A stretch of 64,000 bases of DNA. Origin: Octopus sinensis. Its lineage: Eukaryota. A model generated the notes under the pieces. The model searched no databases. It saw nothing but the letters and a program-made list of their open reading frames with translations, and was not told the DNA's origin. Every line of letters starts with the position of its first letter. Within the stretch, counting starts at the first letter, position 1. The translations under genes were made by a program, and so were the position numbers. The stretch lies in the NCBI RefSeq assembly GCF_006345805.1, contig NC_042998.1, positions 25,978,001 through 26,042,000 of the forward strand. The letters are read 5' to 3'. This document shows, piece after piece, positions 1 through 13,215 of this stretch.

Positions 1-264
1 ATACCTCCGCCTTTGCTAAGGCAGAGGTAATAACATAAATGCGTTAAGCTTAGGGACCAGAGTGTTTCCATAGCTTGTGTAGATCTGTTCTCTTGAAAAT
101 TTCTTTTGGAATCAGAAGGAAATCAATTAGTGTTTGAAAAGATGGAAGTTAATGATTGATAACACATTACCAAATAGTATACTCTTTACTCTTTACTCTT
201 TTACTTTCTGACTGAAATGGTATGATGGAAACAAACCTACACTTATAATGGACATAAAACAATA

Positions 265-400
265 ATCCTTTCTATTAAAGGCACAAGGCCAGAAATTTTG
301 GGAGAGGGGACTAGTCAATTACATCAACCCCAGGCAAAGTTGACCTCGACAGAATTTGAACTCAGAATGTAGTGAAGGGCGAAATACCACCAAGCAGGTA
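265..400 (-). mobile_element. Family B SINE variant, internally deleted fragment
   Basis: GGCAAAGTTGACCTCGACAGAATTTGAACTCAGAA matches the reverse complement of the family B body; variant tail AGGCCAGAAATTTTGGG also at 23290, 36735, 60890. Confidence 0.7.
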
Positions 401-408
401 GTGTTGGT

Positions 409-410
409 GG

Positions 411-473
<63 letters not shown>

Positions 474-474
474 C

Positions 475-505
<31 letters not shown>

Positions 506-517
506 GTGATGATGATG
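409..517. repeat. (GAT)n microsatellite
   Basis: direct inspection; source of poly-M/poly-I ORFs. Confidence 0.97.
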
Positions 518-744
518 GGGTTCATGCTGTGTGCCTCTCTAAGGCCAACTCTTAACTTTATGTAGACATATTGTGTGACCTACACTAACAATAAAAAAGC
601 ATGCAACTACAAAGTATAAATCTATTATTTTGTAAGAATCGAAATGCTTATGTACGTCTTTTGTGTTTGATGAATATTTTTATGCATATTACAAAATATT
701 AAACTAAAGAATACTACTTGGCTCTCTTAATACAGTATGTATAT

Positions 745-900
745 AATGCATGTGTGTATACCTATATAGATACATACACACACACAAACACGCAAACACA
801 CACACATTTACATACATACATACATACATATATACATACATACATACATACATACATACAAGCATGTATACACATATATAAAATGTATGTACATGCGTGT
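745..900. repeat. (TACA)n/(CA)n compound microsatellite
   Basis: direct inspection. Confidence 0.9.
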
Positions 901-1805
901 ATAAGCAATAATTTTGCTGTAATATTCTGCAGATAAATACCAGCCACCAAACTAATCAAACTACCAATTTTGATTCTTTAGAACCAAACCAACAAATACC
1001 TTCATCGGAATGCAGGAAATGAATATCTTCAGAGATCTGAGCCATAAGCTTGTGTATTATTCTTAAAGATGTAGCTAAAACTAAAATAAACCAGACAATA
1101 AATAAAAGTAATCCTGGCAGACTCTGGTCGACTAATAAGCAGAAAGATTTCGATATGTGAGGAAACATTGTAAACCAAATCGATAGCAGTCAACTTTAAG
1201 AAATTACTCTTCGTATTATTTTCATCTAATATTGCATCTCCACAGAATATTAAATTGAATGACAAAGTCCATGAAAATAATATTTGATTAATATATCTTC
1301 TATAATTCATATTAGACAGCTCACCAAACAAACTGGGTTTAAGTTATTTCATATAAGTAGAAAATTTACTTGCTTTTTATTACCACTCAGACCTATCTTT
1401 TCTCAAAACATGTTTCATAAATAGAAAATGCAATGATATGAGATGTAGATAATATAGACATAATTTTACATCAGAATATTTATAGCATATCTAATTAGTA
1501 TTTCAGAGTTGTAATTCTTTTTACAAGTGACTTTATCTAAGACTGTGTGCTAAAATTGAAGCATTTACATCATGAAATACTCGTTTTTAGACATAAAAAA
1601 ACAGTAATTGTTGCATTTACGTTTTATTTATTCATTTATTGTGCTGTGTACTGGGAAGTGTCAAAAGGAACTTTTGCACATCTGTGACCTGGTCATTGAT
1701 TAAATTTCACTGCATATCTTGAGAATCAGTGGAAATGTATCAGAAATAAAGTTGTAGAAGTTGCAAAGAAACTTTCTGACAACTTGTAATAAACAGTATT
1801 ATTAA

Positions 1806-2143
1806 GTTTCGGTTTTGGATTTGGTTTGCAAGATTCTTTATATGAGTTCGTGTGCTAAAGCATATTCTGTTGTATCTGGGGAGAGCCATTTTCTTTTTGT
1901 GCCTTATAATGTAACACACTCACCGGTAAAATTTCCACTTATTTCTTATTTTTATTTTCCTAAAATTTTCATTGCGTCTTGACTCAACCTTTTCAATAGT
2001 CTTGACTCTATATGTTTCTTATTCCTTGTACTAAGTCTTTTATTACCATATCTCTGTTGAAATAGAAATAAGTGGAAATTTTACCGGCGAGTGAGTTAGA
2101 TTATAAGGCACAAAAAGAAAATGACTCCCCCAGACACAACAGA
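1806..2143. mobile_element. Dispersed repeat present as inverted pair (arms ~1866-1945 and ~2065-2143)
   Basis: TCTGGGGAGAGCCATTTTCTTTTTGTGCCTTATAATGTAACACACTCACCGGTAAAATTTCCACTTATTTC and its reverse complement; same repeat at 24805 and 33046. Confidence 0.85.
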
Positions 2144-3214
2144 GTATTATTAAGAAATACATGAAAAGTAAATATAACAGTTTTTGTGTGTTTTACAATT
2201 GTTAGAATGACTCTTCCATGATCTAAATAAGTATTTGCTTTTATGAAAACAGCTAAAATTTAATGATGCTTAATAGCAACTATGATTAAACATAGAATTT
2301 TAAAAGATATTAGATTGGATGGAGATTAAATTAAGAAAATTGGCCGTAAGATTTATTTTGTGTGAGAAAAAAACAAAAAAATATTGATGATATCCTAAAG
2401 GAATTTGTAGTAAAAATCTTCTCGGTCTAAGAAAATATATAAATGTTGGAAAAGAAGAGTTGAATTAGATTGCAGGCAATCTATTTGAAATGTAGCATAA
2501 AACGGAGAAAACCATGAAGATAATAGTTCAGAAAATTTAAATTTTTATCACAATAACATATCTCAGATATTTAGAAATGTAATTACAGAAAAATCTTTTA
2601 TTTGATGAAATGGAAACTGCCAGTATTCAAATGCTTATGTTCATGATTGGTTACAGTGTTATCTAATATGTAACCATTAAAACGTATTATAACTTAATAG
2701 CATATTTATTGAACACCTTCTGCTATGATATGTACTGGTATTGTATACGTAAAAAGTTATTGCGAAGAAATATTAAAATGTACTGGTATCTTATAACGTA
2801 AAATATTTATTGGGTAAATATAGCTAATAGCTATTTCTGTTTTTTTTTTTTTAAAGAATCATTTGCATTCTATAATTGCATTAAGAAGCTGATACAAGAA
2901 AACATTGTACTGAATGTGATATTTAAAAATCTTAGGTCAGCTTTGATCTTTTTGAAATCTGGCATATCAGATTTAGTGAGAGAAACAACTCAAGTAAATA
3001 CATATGCATAGTGTCTGCTTTCAGCATTAGCAAGAATATTCTTCACAAGCTCTCATTCTGAAATAAAGAGATAAGAGTGGGTAATATTTGTCAATAGTAA
3101 AACTTAGTTCCAGAAAGGAAAATAGTAAGATATTTTCCTTCCAAAGATGTTGCATTTCATATGTAACATCCTTTTCTTTGCTTCCATATTGTCAATATGA
3201 AAAATAAACTAAGG

Positions 3215-3395
3215 CAGGCAAATTGCTTCATGGCATTTCGTTTGTGTTTACAGTTTGAACTCAAGTTCTCCTGAATTGACTTTGCCTTTCATCTTTCAAG
3301 GTTGATAAAATAAGTACCAGTTGAAGACTGGGGTTGATGTAATTGACTTAATTTCTCCCCTGCAATTGCTGGCCTTGTGCCAAATATTTGATACC
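3215..3395 (+). mobile_element. Family B SINE, diverged variant fragment
   Basis: GACTTTGCCTTTCATCTTTCAAGGTTGATAAAATAAGTACCAG core. Confidence 0.7.
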
Positions 3396-3409
3396 AATAT
3401 GATAAATAA

Positions 3410-3642
3410 AGGCAGCAAGCTGGCAGAAATGTTAGCATGCCGGGCGAAGTACTTAGCAGTATTTTGTCTGCCGTTATGTTCTGAGTTCAAATTCCACCGA
3501 GGTCGACTTTGCCTTTCATCATTTTGGGGTCGATAAATTAAGTACCAGTTATGTCCTGAGGTCGAAGTAATCGACTTAATCCCTTGTCTGTCCTTGTTTG
3601 TCCCCTCTATGTTTAGCCCCTTGTGGGCAATAAAGAAATAAG
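3410..3642 (+). mobile_element. Family B tRNA-derived SINE (CORE-like body)
   Basis: A-box-like GGCAGCAAGCTGGCAGAA, B-box-like GAGTTCAAATTCC, core CTTTCATC..GGGGTCGATAAATTAAGTACCAG, tail TAAAGAAATAAG. Confidence 0.9.
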
Positions 3643-4032
3643 AAGGATAATAATTACTATAGAGGAGATATTTGGTTACAAGAGTAAGGAAAGATAGGAG
3701 AGGATAGAAAGATAGTGAGAGAAAAAGATAGAGAGACAGACAGAGGGAAAATGAGAGAGAAATAGATGGTGGTGGAGATGTATGACGGTCATGCCTGATA
3801 CAGTGGGGGTGAATATAAGTAGTGCTGAGGGGATAGAGTTGGATGTGAAACATAAGAGTGTTAAGGGTGATGTTTAGAAAATGGGATGAGGTGACAGTCA
3901 TGAGTGATGGTGAGAGAAATTGGAATGTTTGTTGGAGTGGTGAGTGTTATGGTAGATATGTGAGGGCATGAAGAGTGTCTGTGGGTGGGCATGTGAAGAA
4001 GAGTATAGGAGCATGCATCAGATGATGGTCCG

Positions 4033-4350
4033 TCATCATCATCGTTTAACGTCCGTTTTCCACGCTAGCACGAGTTGGACGGTTCGACTGGGGTCTGGGA
4101 AGCCAGGAGGCTGCACCAGGTTCCAGTCTGATCTCGCAGTATTTCTACAGCTGGATGCCCTTCCTAACGCCAACCACTCTGTGAGTGTAGTGGGTGCTTT
4201 TTACATGCCACCGGCACAGGTGCCAGGGGAGGCTGGTAATGGCCATGATCAGTTGGTGCTTTTTACATGCCACCGGCAGAGAAGCCAGTCAATGTGGCGC
4301 TGGCATCGACCACATTCAGATGGTGCTTTTTATGTGCCACCGGCACAGGT
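4033..4350 (-). mobile_element. Family C (GAT)n-tailed SINE-like element
   Basis: CATCATCATCGTTTAACGTCCG end, GGATGCCCTTCCTAACGCCAACC core, repeated GGTGCTTTTTACATGCCACCGGCA modules. Confidence 0.9.
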
Positions 4351-5461
4351 ATCACAAATAAAGGAAGAAATGGGTAGCAATTTCTTGTGGCAGACCACAT
4401 TTTTGTGTCCCTAATCAAGGATTTTCTCACTCACTATTCATAGAGGCAGCACAAATTTAGAATGAAATGTTGGGGCTGAATGTGTAAAGTTAAGGAGAAG
4501 TGACGAATGGTTAGCACTGAAATGAAGGAGTTGCTAATGTACAGAAAGAAGAAAATACTTTCACAAAACTTGAAGTATTGGCCTAAGAGGAGACGTTTTT
4601 TTTAATACAGTGTTTTTGATTCAATTAATTTTGAAGATAATGAAAAATTTCGTAAAATAATTTTGTCCCTATTAAGCTGAGATTTGGAATGTAAATTAAT
4701 ATGAAACTTTTTTTTTAATGGTATGGTGGTATGTAATTTAGGGAAGATTTGTCTACTATTTCTAGCAGTCAAGCACCTAAATATAGACTCTGGCATTAGA
4801 ACAGTACAAACATATTAAGCAAGATCTGAGTATCTTTTATTCAAAATATTTCCGTTTAAAAACAATGTCAAGAACTTGACTCAATGCCAAGTAAAATAAT
4901 TTTATTTGAGAAACACGAGTGCGAGAGACTTTAAAGGAATATCTGCCTTGTATCAAATAATGCATCGATATTTTAATGGTGTTGTGCCTCAGAGGTAGAC
5001 AACTTGGCTGAAGGAAATAAATCCTATAGTGATATAAGTTAGACATATCAATAAATATATTTCCAATGAATTCACTTCACATCTATAACAAAGAAATATA
5101 CATTTGCGTTAATAACAAAGAAATATATTTTAGAATATTAGCTTCTTTTCAGATTAAAAATAAAAACAAATATAGCTATAATTTTTTTTTTTTTTTAGTC
5201 TTCTTTTTATTTTATTGTTCTCATATTCCTTTTGATACATCTTAAAAGATTTTGATTATTGATGTCGCCACTGAAGTTTGGTAGCAGCAATTCTTCATTT
5301 TCTAGAATTTGATTTCTTCTTTCCTCATTTGTTATGTTGATTTTCCTGATAACTGAGAAGGCTGATCCCTGAAATTAACATGTTTCTGTAGAATTTCTAC
5401 TTGATAGACAGAGGTTACAAAACAATCGGAATGGCTTGAAACCAGAACTTCTAACCTGCTG

Positions 5462-5842
5462 CTACTGCTGTTGCTGTTGCTGTTGAGCGAAGCGGTCTTC
5501 GTCCCGGTGGGAGAAGTCCGAAATGTGGTCCTTCGCTATTCGTAAGACCCGCAGAAGAGAAAGCAGGTCAGCCCCCGACACTGAGAGCATCGACAGATGG
5601 ATAAATGCGCATCCAGGCTCAGCGGTTGCGTAGGAAGTCGGGGACAAGAAACAGGAAGAAAGAGTGAGAGAAAGTTGGAGCAAAAGAGTACAACAGGGGT
5701 CGCTACTACTCCCTGCCAGAGCCTCGTGGAGCTTTAGGTGTTTTTGCTCAATAAACACACACAATGCCTGGTCTGGGAATCGAAACTGTGATCCTCCAAC
5801 CGTGAGTTCACCGCCCTAACCACTGGGCCATTGCACCTCCAC
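5462..5842 (-). mobile_element. tRNA-derived SINE with (CAG/CAA)n tail
   Basis: minus strand head GTGGAGGTGCAATGGCCCAGTGGTTAGGG...GTTTCGATTCCC (A/B boxes), similar to head at 46420; CpG-rich body. Confidence 0.8.
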
Positions 5843-5869
5843 TGCTGCTGCTGCTGGTTCTTCCTAGCT

Positions 5870-6285
5870 TTTCATGTCAATATCCATTTTCCACTCATAG
5901 TCTCTTTGACTTGATCTTGGGAACATCACAGAGAACATCCACAGTCCTCGGAGTTAATTTGCCAGAGCTGAGTTTGGTGTAAATAACTTGACAGAAAGCC
6001 TAGGATCATTTAGATGATGTGCATGACCTGTCCAGTTTGATGATGGCAGCTTCAATGTGGTTGGCTTGAACTTGATCAAGGACTGCAAAGTTGATGTTAT
6101 CTTCCCATTTAATGTTCATGAATGTACAAAGCTACTGCTGATGAAAGTACTCATGTTTCTTGATGTCTTGTTGGTTGGGTCCATGTTTTGTGTCTGTAGA
6201 TTAAGGTTGCTGTGATGGCAGTTTCATACACCGTGTGTTTGGTTTCTTGCTTAAAGTTTTTGTTTCTGCAGATGTGGTGAAATAG
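5870..6285 (-). mobile_element. RTE-like LINE fragment (RT C-terminal region), decayed
   Basis: minus translation TVYETAITATLIYRHKTW..FHQQ*LCTFMNIKWED..IEAAIIK..WTGH resembles RTE/BovB LLYGCETW..FHQRCLR.IL.IKWQD..RWAGH. Confidence 0.75.
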
Positions 6286-6628
6286 TTTTTTAGACCTGCT
6301 GTGCTCGAGGAAACCTATTGAGTCAAGTACATCAACATCAAAAACTCAAATGGAAATTGTAATTGTGATACCTGTGCCGGTGGCACATAAATAGCAGCAA
6401 CCGATCGTGGCCGTTGCCAGCTTCCCCTGGCACCTGTGCCGGTGACATGTAAAAAGCATCCACTACACTCATGGAGTGGTTGGTGTTAGGAAGGGCATCC
6501 AGCTGTAGAAACACTGCCAGATTTGACTGGAGCCTGGTGCAGCCTCCTGGCTTCCCAGACCCTGGTCGAACCGTCCAACCCATGCTAGCATGGAAAACGG
6601 ACGTTAAACAATGATGATGATGATGATG
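6285..6628 (+). mobile_element. Family C element inserted in RTE fragment
   Basis: ends GGAAAACGGACGTTAAACAATGATGATG; 5' part shared with 62220-62310. Confidence 0.9.
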
Positions 6629-6629
6629 T

Positions 6630-6900
6630 TGATGAACATACCTTGTTGTGCTTCCTCATCCTTCTAAAAGTTGCATTGCATTGAGGAGAGACTTGCAATG
6701 TGGAAGAAGAGATCTACATGTTTCAGGGAAGTGTTTGGGACATTGATGTTGAAATCTGAACTGGAAGAGTGTGTCTTTGAATCAGGTTGTGTAAACACTT
6801 TGATTTTCTGGATCTAGATAATTTGAATTAAAATTAAACAGCCATGGGATGCAAATGACTGCTTTTGCTCTATAGTGCTTGCCATTGATTTGATCCAAAG
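6630..6900 (-). mobile_element. RTE-like LINE fragment, continuation upstream of 5870-6285
   Basis: minus translation KVFTQP..FNINVPNTSLKHVDLFFHIASLSS resembles the RTE KTEV.YQP..LK.VD.F.YLGS region. Confidence 0.55.
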
Positions 6901-7102
6901 ACACAATGCTTCATTTTTATAAAAGAGATAAATTACGATTGTAAAATGTCCATGATTTTCTCAAAGTATAAATGAAGGTGAATAATCAGAGCTTAGAATC
7001 TCATTCTCATCATAGTTCTGTAACGTGGTGTTAGACATCAGTTTCTTAAATAGTACAAATCTTCAGCTATTTTAGAGGAGAAAAATATGTTGGTGAGGAA
7101 AA

Positions 7103-7530
7103 GGCAGCAAGCTGGCAGAAACATTAGAATGCCAGGTGAAATGCTTAGCGGCGATCTGGCAGAATCGTTAGCACACAGGGCGAAATGCTTAGTGGTATTT
7201 CGTCTGCCGCTACGTTCTGAGTTCAAATTCCGCCGAGGTCGACTTTGCCTTTCATCCTTTCGGGGTCGATAAATTAAGTACCAGTTACGCACTGGGGTCG
7301 ATGTAATCGACTTAATCCGTTTGTCTGTCCTTGTTTATCCCCTCTGTGTTTAGCCCCTTGTGGTTAGTAAAGAAATAGGTATTTTGTCTGACATTGCTTC
7401 TGAATTTAAATTCCACCAAGGTTGACTTTGCCTTTCATCCTTTTGGGGTCGATAAATTAAGTACCAGTTATGCACTGGGGTCGATGTCCCTCTATATTTA
7501 GCCCCTTGTGGGCAATAAAGAAATAAGAAA
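7103..7530 (+). mobile_element. Family B SINE with duplicated head and tandem second body
   Basis: head repeated at ~7103 and ~7150; junction TAAAGAAATA|GGTATTTTGTCTG at ~7370-7390. Confidence 0.88.
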
Positions 7531-7900
7531 AATATTTTGGTGGTTAGTAACACAAGAGAAGTGAAAAGGAACAAGTATTCAAAATCATATCAGCAATTTG
7601 TTTTACCAGGAAGTATTTATAATTTCTGAGACATTCTGATAACTTTAGTATTACATAGAGCCATCAGTTTAATCATTTTATTGGTTTCATCATTGGATTG
7701 CTGCTATAGAGAAGCATTGACTGTAAGGGTTTTAATGGATTATACCAGGCCCTAGTATTTTGTCCGGTACATATTTCACTAACCTGGGAAAAGAACAAAA
7801 CGCAAAGCTGACATGGATTAAGAGGTTTAACAAATACAAACTGAAATACGACAAAGTAACTTTGTTTGACACATTAATTTTGCCATCCTAATGTATCGTG

Positions 7901-7911
7901 TGCATGTGTGT

Positions 7912-7955
<44 letters not shown>
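7901..7955. repeat. (TG)n microsatellite
   Basis: direct inspection. Confidence 0.95.
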
Positions 7956-7957
<2 letters not shown>

Positions 7958-8667
7958 GGGTGCATACATCCAACAGATTTTCATTGCTTCCATCTACCTA
8001 CCCACTTTCGCTTATAATTCTTTGATTGACTCGAGGCTGTGGTAGAAGATGCTTGAACATGTTCGATTTCTTTTTCATTCTTCAGCCATTCTGACATTTG
8101 TGATAGATATGTCTAGATTTAAAAAAATATGTCGTTATTAGATTTTTATCCTGCTAAAAATGACATGAAAATCATGATACTAAATCAATGAATATTTATC
8201 AACATGACTGTTTTGTATCAGAGAAATATACTCTATGCCATAAGAAAGAAGAGAAACCTAGCATTAGACTTCTCTTCCTCCAAACAGTATAAAATTCACT
8301 CCATTATTTGAATTATTTGTATTACTCTTTGCTAGTGTTCAGCATCTCAGGTTTTCTTTGGATTCTATACTGTATTAAAGAACTTAACCTGTGGTAATTC
8401 AAATTCCTATTTGATTATTCTCTATTTGATAGAGATTTTATTGATATTTTGCTTCCTGAGATTTTTATTGTTAAATGGCATAAAAACGTACACTCAATGA
8501 CACTCAAAAATTAAAATTCAAATTGCATATATTTGTTATGTCATCATTTAGAGAAAGTGAAGCTGACTTTACTGGAAAAGCGGCTATGTTCAATAATCTT
8601 CATCTCATGAGCATCGGGTTAGGTCACATGACATCATGCAAAATGCATGCAAAACTACTACCTCAAA

Positions 8668-8899
8668 AGGTGGCAAGCTGGCAGAAACGTAAGTACACCG
8701 GGTGAAATGCTCAGCAGTATTTCCACTGTCGCTACGTTCTGAGTTCAAATTCCGCCGAGGTCGACTTTGCCTTTCATCCTTTCGGGGTCGATTAAATAAG
8801 TACCAGTTACGCACTGGAATCAATACAATCGACTTAATCTGTTTGTCTGTCCTTGTTTGTCCCCTCTGTGTGTAGCCCCTTGTGGGCAGTAAAGAAATA
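8668..8899 (+). mobile_element. Family B SINE with 17-bp target-site duplication
   Basis: flanked by AAACTACTACCTCAAAA on both sides (~8651-8667, ~8900-8916). Confidence 0.92.
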
Positions 8900-8929
8900 A
8901 AACTACTACCTCAAAACAAAGATACTGTC

Positions 8930-9470
8930 GTCGTCGTCGTCATCATCATCATTGTCCATGCTGGCATGGGTTGAACGATTTGACCAGGACTGGCAAGCTG
9001 GAAGGCTGCACCAGACTTCAGTCTGTTTTGGCATGGTTTCTATGGTTGGATACCCTTCCTAAGGCCAACCACTCTGAGAGTCTAATGGGTGCTATTACAT
9101 ACCACCAGCACGGGTGCCATTTGTATGACACTGGTATCTGCCACGACTGTGGTTTTACTTGGCTAGATGGGTCTTCTTCCCAAGCACAATATAATGCCAA
9201 CTGGACTTGGTCATTGCCTCCATGAAGCCCAACACTTGAAGCCTGGCATAATGCCAAATGGTCTCAGTCCTTGCCTCTATGAGGCCCAATGCTCAAAAGG
9301 TGCTTTTACGTGCCACTGGCACAGGTGCCATTTGCATGACACTGGTATCTGCCATGACTGCGATTTTACTTGATTTCATGGGTCTTTTTCTCAGGCACAA
9401 CATAATGCCAAAGATCTTAGTCATTGCCTCTGTGAGGCCCAAAATTCGAAAGGAGCTCAACCACTATTCC
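8930..9470 (-). mobile_element. Family C variant with internal ~200-bp duplication
   Basis: CATCATC end, GGATACCCTTCCTAAGGCCAACC core; GGTGCCATTTG..TGACACTGGTATCTGCCA occurs at ~9113 and ~9323. Confidence 0.75.
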
Positions 9471-10129
9471 TCTGTGAGGCCCAATATCATTTAGAAGGAA
9501 CTTCTTTGTGCACCTTTTTGCTTTAGCTAACATCATTAAGAGCTGAATGTTAAGTACCAGCATTAGCTTCATTTAGTGATGGAATATTTCTAGGTTTTGT
9601 AGTTCAAGCCAGCCTTCGGACCATCTGGACTCGGTCTTGATTCTTGTTTTCAATTTAGAATCCTACATTTTATTTTCTTCCCCATCCTCTACAAATTTTC
9701 TAATTAAATTATAGCATTTTCACCTGACTTTATTGCATCACTGAATTTCATTCTTAATAAAGCATCAACATGGAGAATTATATCACCTTTTACACATAAA
9801 AGCAGCAGGCTGTCCACCATAATATTCTAGCAGATGTTACTTAAGGCATTTCTCATCTGAGTTAAATATGAACTCTAACAGTCTGTGGCCAGTTCTCAAG
9901 GAAAATCTTCATCCTAATAAAAAATATCAAGCTCTTAGCATAGTCCAGAGAATCACCAAAGCATCCATTAAATATATTAGAACTGCAACCATTGGTTTCA
10001 GATATAAACACTGTGATAAGTATAGGACATGATAGCTTTTCTAAGACAGTACACCACATGTTGAATAATTACTAACATCTGTAGTGCCTATGTTCACTTT
10101 GTGCCTCTGTTCATCCATAGAAATGAGGA

Positions 10130-10737
10130 GAGAAAGGCAACAAGTTGAAAGAAACGTTAGCACGCCAGGTGAAATGCTTAGCGGTATTTTGTCTGCCGCT
10201 ATGTTCTTAGTTCAAATTCTGCCGAGGTCGACTTTGCCTTTCATCCTTTCAGAGTCGATTAAATAAGTACCAGTTATGCACTGGGGTCGATATGATCGAC
10301 TTAATCCGTTTGTCTGACCTTGTTTGTCCTCTCTGTGTTTAGCCCCTTGTGGGTAGTAAAGAAATAGGTATTTTGTCTGCTGTTACATTTTGAGTTCAAA
10401 TTCCACTGAAGTCAACTTTAGCTTTCATCCTTTCAAGGTCGATTAAATAAGTACCAGTTACGCACTGGGGTCGATATAATCGACTTAATCCGTTTGTCTG
10501 ACCTTGTTTGTCCCCTCTGTGTTTAACACCTTGTGGGTAGTAAAGAAATAGGTATTTTGTCTGCTGTTACATTCTGAGTTCAAATTCTGCTGAGGTCAAC
10601 TTTGCCTTTCATCCTTTCAGGGTCGATAAATTAAGTACCAGTTACACACTGGGGTCGATGTCATCGACTTAATCCCTTTGTCTGTCCTTGTTTGTCCCCA
10701 CTATGTTTAACCCCTTGTGGGCAATAAAGAAATAAGG
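10130..10737 (+). mobile_element. Family B SINE, head plus three tandem bodies
   Basis: junction GTAAAGAAATA|GGTATTTTGTCTGC at ~10355-10380 and ~10538-10563. Confidence 0.92.
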
Positions 10738-11069
10738 AAAGAGGAGAGTTATATTTTAGGTTTGAAAATTCACAGGAATTTTTAGAATATGTAGGATTAA
10801 ATAAGCCATAAAAATTATTCATTCCATAATATCTTCTTCAATAATGTATCATGTAGTTGAATACCATATTTTGAGGCCTATTTTCCTTGGAAAGTAAATT
10901 CTTTTGCACATAAGACACTCTTCATTTCTTTAATAGCCATATAATTGGTAGCAAAGTTTTGTAAAACAGCTTTTATTTTATAGGTGTTATGTTGGTAAAT
11001 TTTTATATCAATGACATCTCCTAATATATTTTCCATGATTCTTGAAATATGGTGCTTACTGTTTTTAGA

Positions 11070-11291
11070 TTGTGTGAGCACCATCCGATCGTGGCCGTTT
11101 GCCAGCCTCGTCTGGCACCTGTGCTGGTGGCACATAAAAAGTGCTCACTACACTCAAGGAGTGGTTGGCGTTAGGAAGGGCATCCAGCTGTAGAAAATCT
11201 GCCAGATCAGACTGGACCTGGTGCAGCCTTCTGGCTTCCCAGACCCCAGTTGAATCGTCCAACCCATGCTAGCATGGAAAGCGGACATTAA

Positions 11292-11327
<36 letters not shown>
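11070..11327 (+). mobile_element. Family C element
   Basis: core GGCGTTAGGAAGGGCATCCAGC; tail GGACATTAAATGATGATG. Confidence 0.9.
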
Positions 11328-11328
<1 letters not shown>

Positions 11329-11695
11329 CAGAGGTGTATAATGGAATAAACCAAGCTGGGTGTTCGCTGCTATTTTCTGAATGTCATCAGAAATTGAGAT
11401 TTGATGATAGGTTCCTACCTAAACCAATTTTTGCCAAATACTTCATTCCTGCAAGTTAGTGTAATTGTTAAAAATCATTGCTCAATTTTGTTTGCATCAG
11501 CATCGAAACTTTGGTAAACTTTGTTGTATTTATTCCAAAACAAGGAAATAAAACTGAAAATGTTTCTCCTAACAGTATAATATATCTTTCCAAAAGCAGG
11601 ACTCTATTCCATGCTTTGGTCATAGCTGCAAGACTTACAGGTGACCATTTTCTAATCATTCATGTCATCCTGTAACAATGGCAATATTTTTAGCA

Positions 11696-11696
<1 letters not shown>

Positions 11697-11749
<53 letters not shown>

Positions 11750-11811
11750 CATTATTATCATCATCATCATCATCATCCTCATCATTATTATCATTATTAT
11801 TAACTTGTATT

Positions 11812-11864
<53 letters not shown>

Positions 11865-11886
11865 TATTATCATCATCATTATTATT

Positions 11887-11938
<52 letters not shown>

Positions 11939-12016
11939 TATGTTATTATTATTACTATCATTATTATTATTATTACTATGTCATAATAATACCAGTTAAT
12001 AATAATGATGATGATG

Positions 12017-12067
<51 letters not shown>

Positions 12068-12132
12068 TAATAATAATAATAGTAATAATAAGTTAATAAT
12101 AATAATACAAGTCAATACTATTATTGTTATTG

Positions 12133-12179
<47 letters not shown>

Positions 12180-12200
12180 TTGTATAATTATCATTATTAC
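11697..12200. repeat. Compound (TTA)/(TCA)/(AAT)n microsatellite, ~500 bp
   Basis: direct inspection. Confidence 0.95.
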
Positions 12201-12210
12201 TATTCTTATT

Positions 12211-12555
12211 AAAAGGAGCCAAAGTAAAATTACTAATCATTGCAGATTGCTGGATATGAGACTATTACAATCACGCAACAGCATTTCCTGTAATTGCATG
12301 CGTTCTAATATTTCAGAGTGACGTACAGAATTTAATAGTCATCAATTAGTTGCATTTGTAGAGTCCTCTCCAACAGATTGCCCTTCTGTCCTTAAATCCA
12401 TAAGCTCACAAAAGTGCATGGCCTCTCATAATATCAGCATATTGGTTCTTGTGACATCTGTTTCATTGGCAGAAAAACTTATTGTTCCAGCATTGACAAA
12501 ATTATAGTTGCATATGTCTGTGAAATTCATCGCCTCCAATACTTTACTTCTTCTG
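12211..12555 (+). pseudogene. Possible decayed TLR-like segment (LRR-CT plus transmembrane)
   Basis: one frame with 2 stops in ~115 codons: RLLDM..RNSISCNC..SE*..DCPSVLKSISSQKC..ISILVLVTSVSLAEKLIVPAL.KL*LHM; recognised by eye only. Confidence 0.4.
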
Positions 12556-12556
12556 T

Positions 12557-13030
12557 GATGAATCATCATCATCATCATCATCATCATCACCATCATCATC
12601 ATCATCGGTTAACGTCCGCTTTCTATGCTAGCATAGGTTGGACGATTTTGACTGAAGGCCGGCGAACCAGATGGCTGCACCAGGCTCCAATCTTGATTTG
12701 GCAGAGTTTCTACAGCTGGGAGCCCTTCCTAATGCCAACCACTCCAAGAGTGTAGTGGGTGCTTTTTACATGCCACTGGCACGGGGGCCAGTCAGGCAGT
12801 ACTGGCAACGACCTCACTCGAATCTTTTTACACATGCCACCAGCACAGGTTCCAGTAGGCGATGTTGGTAATGATCACACTCGAATAGTGCCCTTTTATG
12901 TGCCACCAGCACGGAAGCCAGCTGGCTGCTCTGGCAACGATCACGCTCAGATGGTGCTCTTGGCACCCTACTAGCACAGGCACAAGTGCCAGTAAGGCGA
13001 CACTGGTAACGATCACACTCAAATAGTGAT
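12557..13030 (-). mobile_element. Family C element with ~4 internal modules
   Basis: (CAT)n end, core, repeated GGCAACGATCAC.CTC modules. Confidence 0.9.
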
Positions 13031-13089
13031 GAATATATTGGCTTTTTCTTTACTACCAGCAAATTTCTTGAGTTCCTTTGTTTTAGATG

Positions 13090-13215
13090 AAAATCAAATT
13101 TGACGACTGGCATCTGTGATACTGGAGCGTTAAGAGTACCATGATGGACCGTGAAGTCTGGCGTAGCATGGTAAATTCCATTGTCTCGACCACGGTCAAA
13201 CAATGATGATGATGA
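13090..13215 (+). mobile_element. LINE 3' end fragment (RTE-like) with (GAT)n tail
   Basis: LKSTMMDREVWRSMV-like terminal peptide followed by GATGATGATG. Confidence 0.5.

Noticed and set aside
956-1331. Two overlapping minus-strand ORFs with hydrophobic/LRR-like stretches
   Set aside because: No splice context or recognisable family; not supportable as CDS.
10750-11660. LRR-like readings on both strands of this block
   Set aside because: Equally plausible phrases occur on opposite strands and stop density is near random, so they cannot discriminate signal from AT-rich chance.
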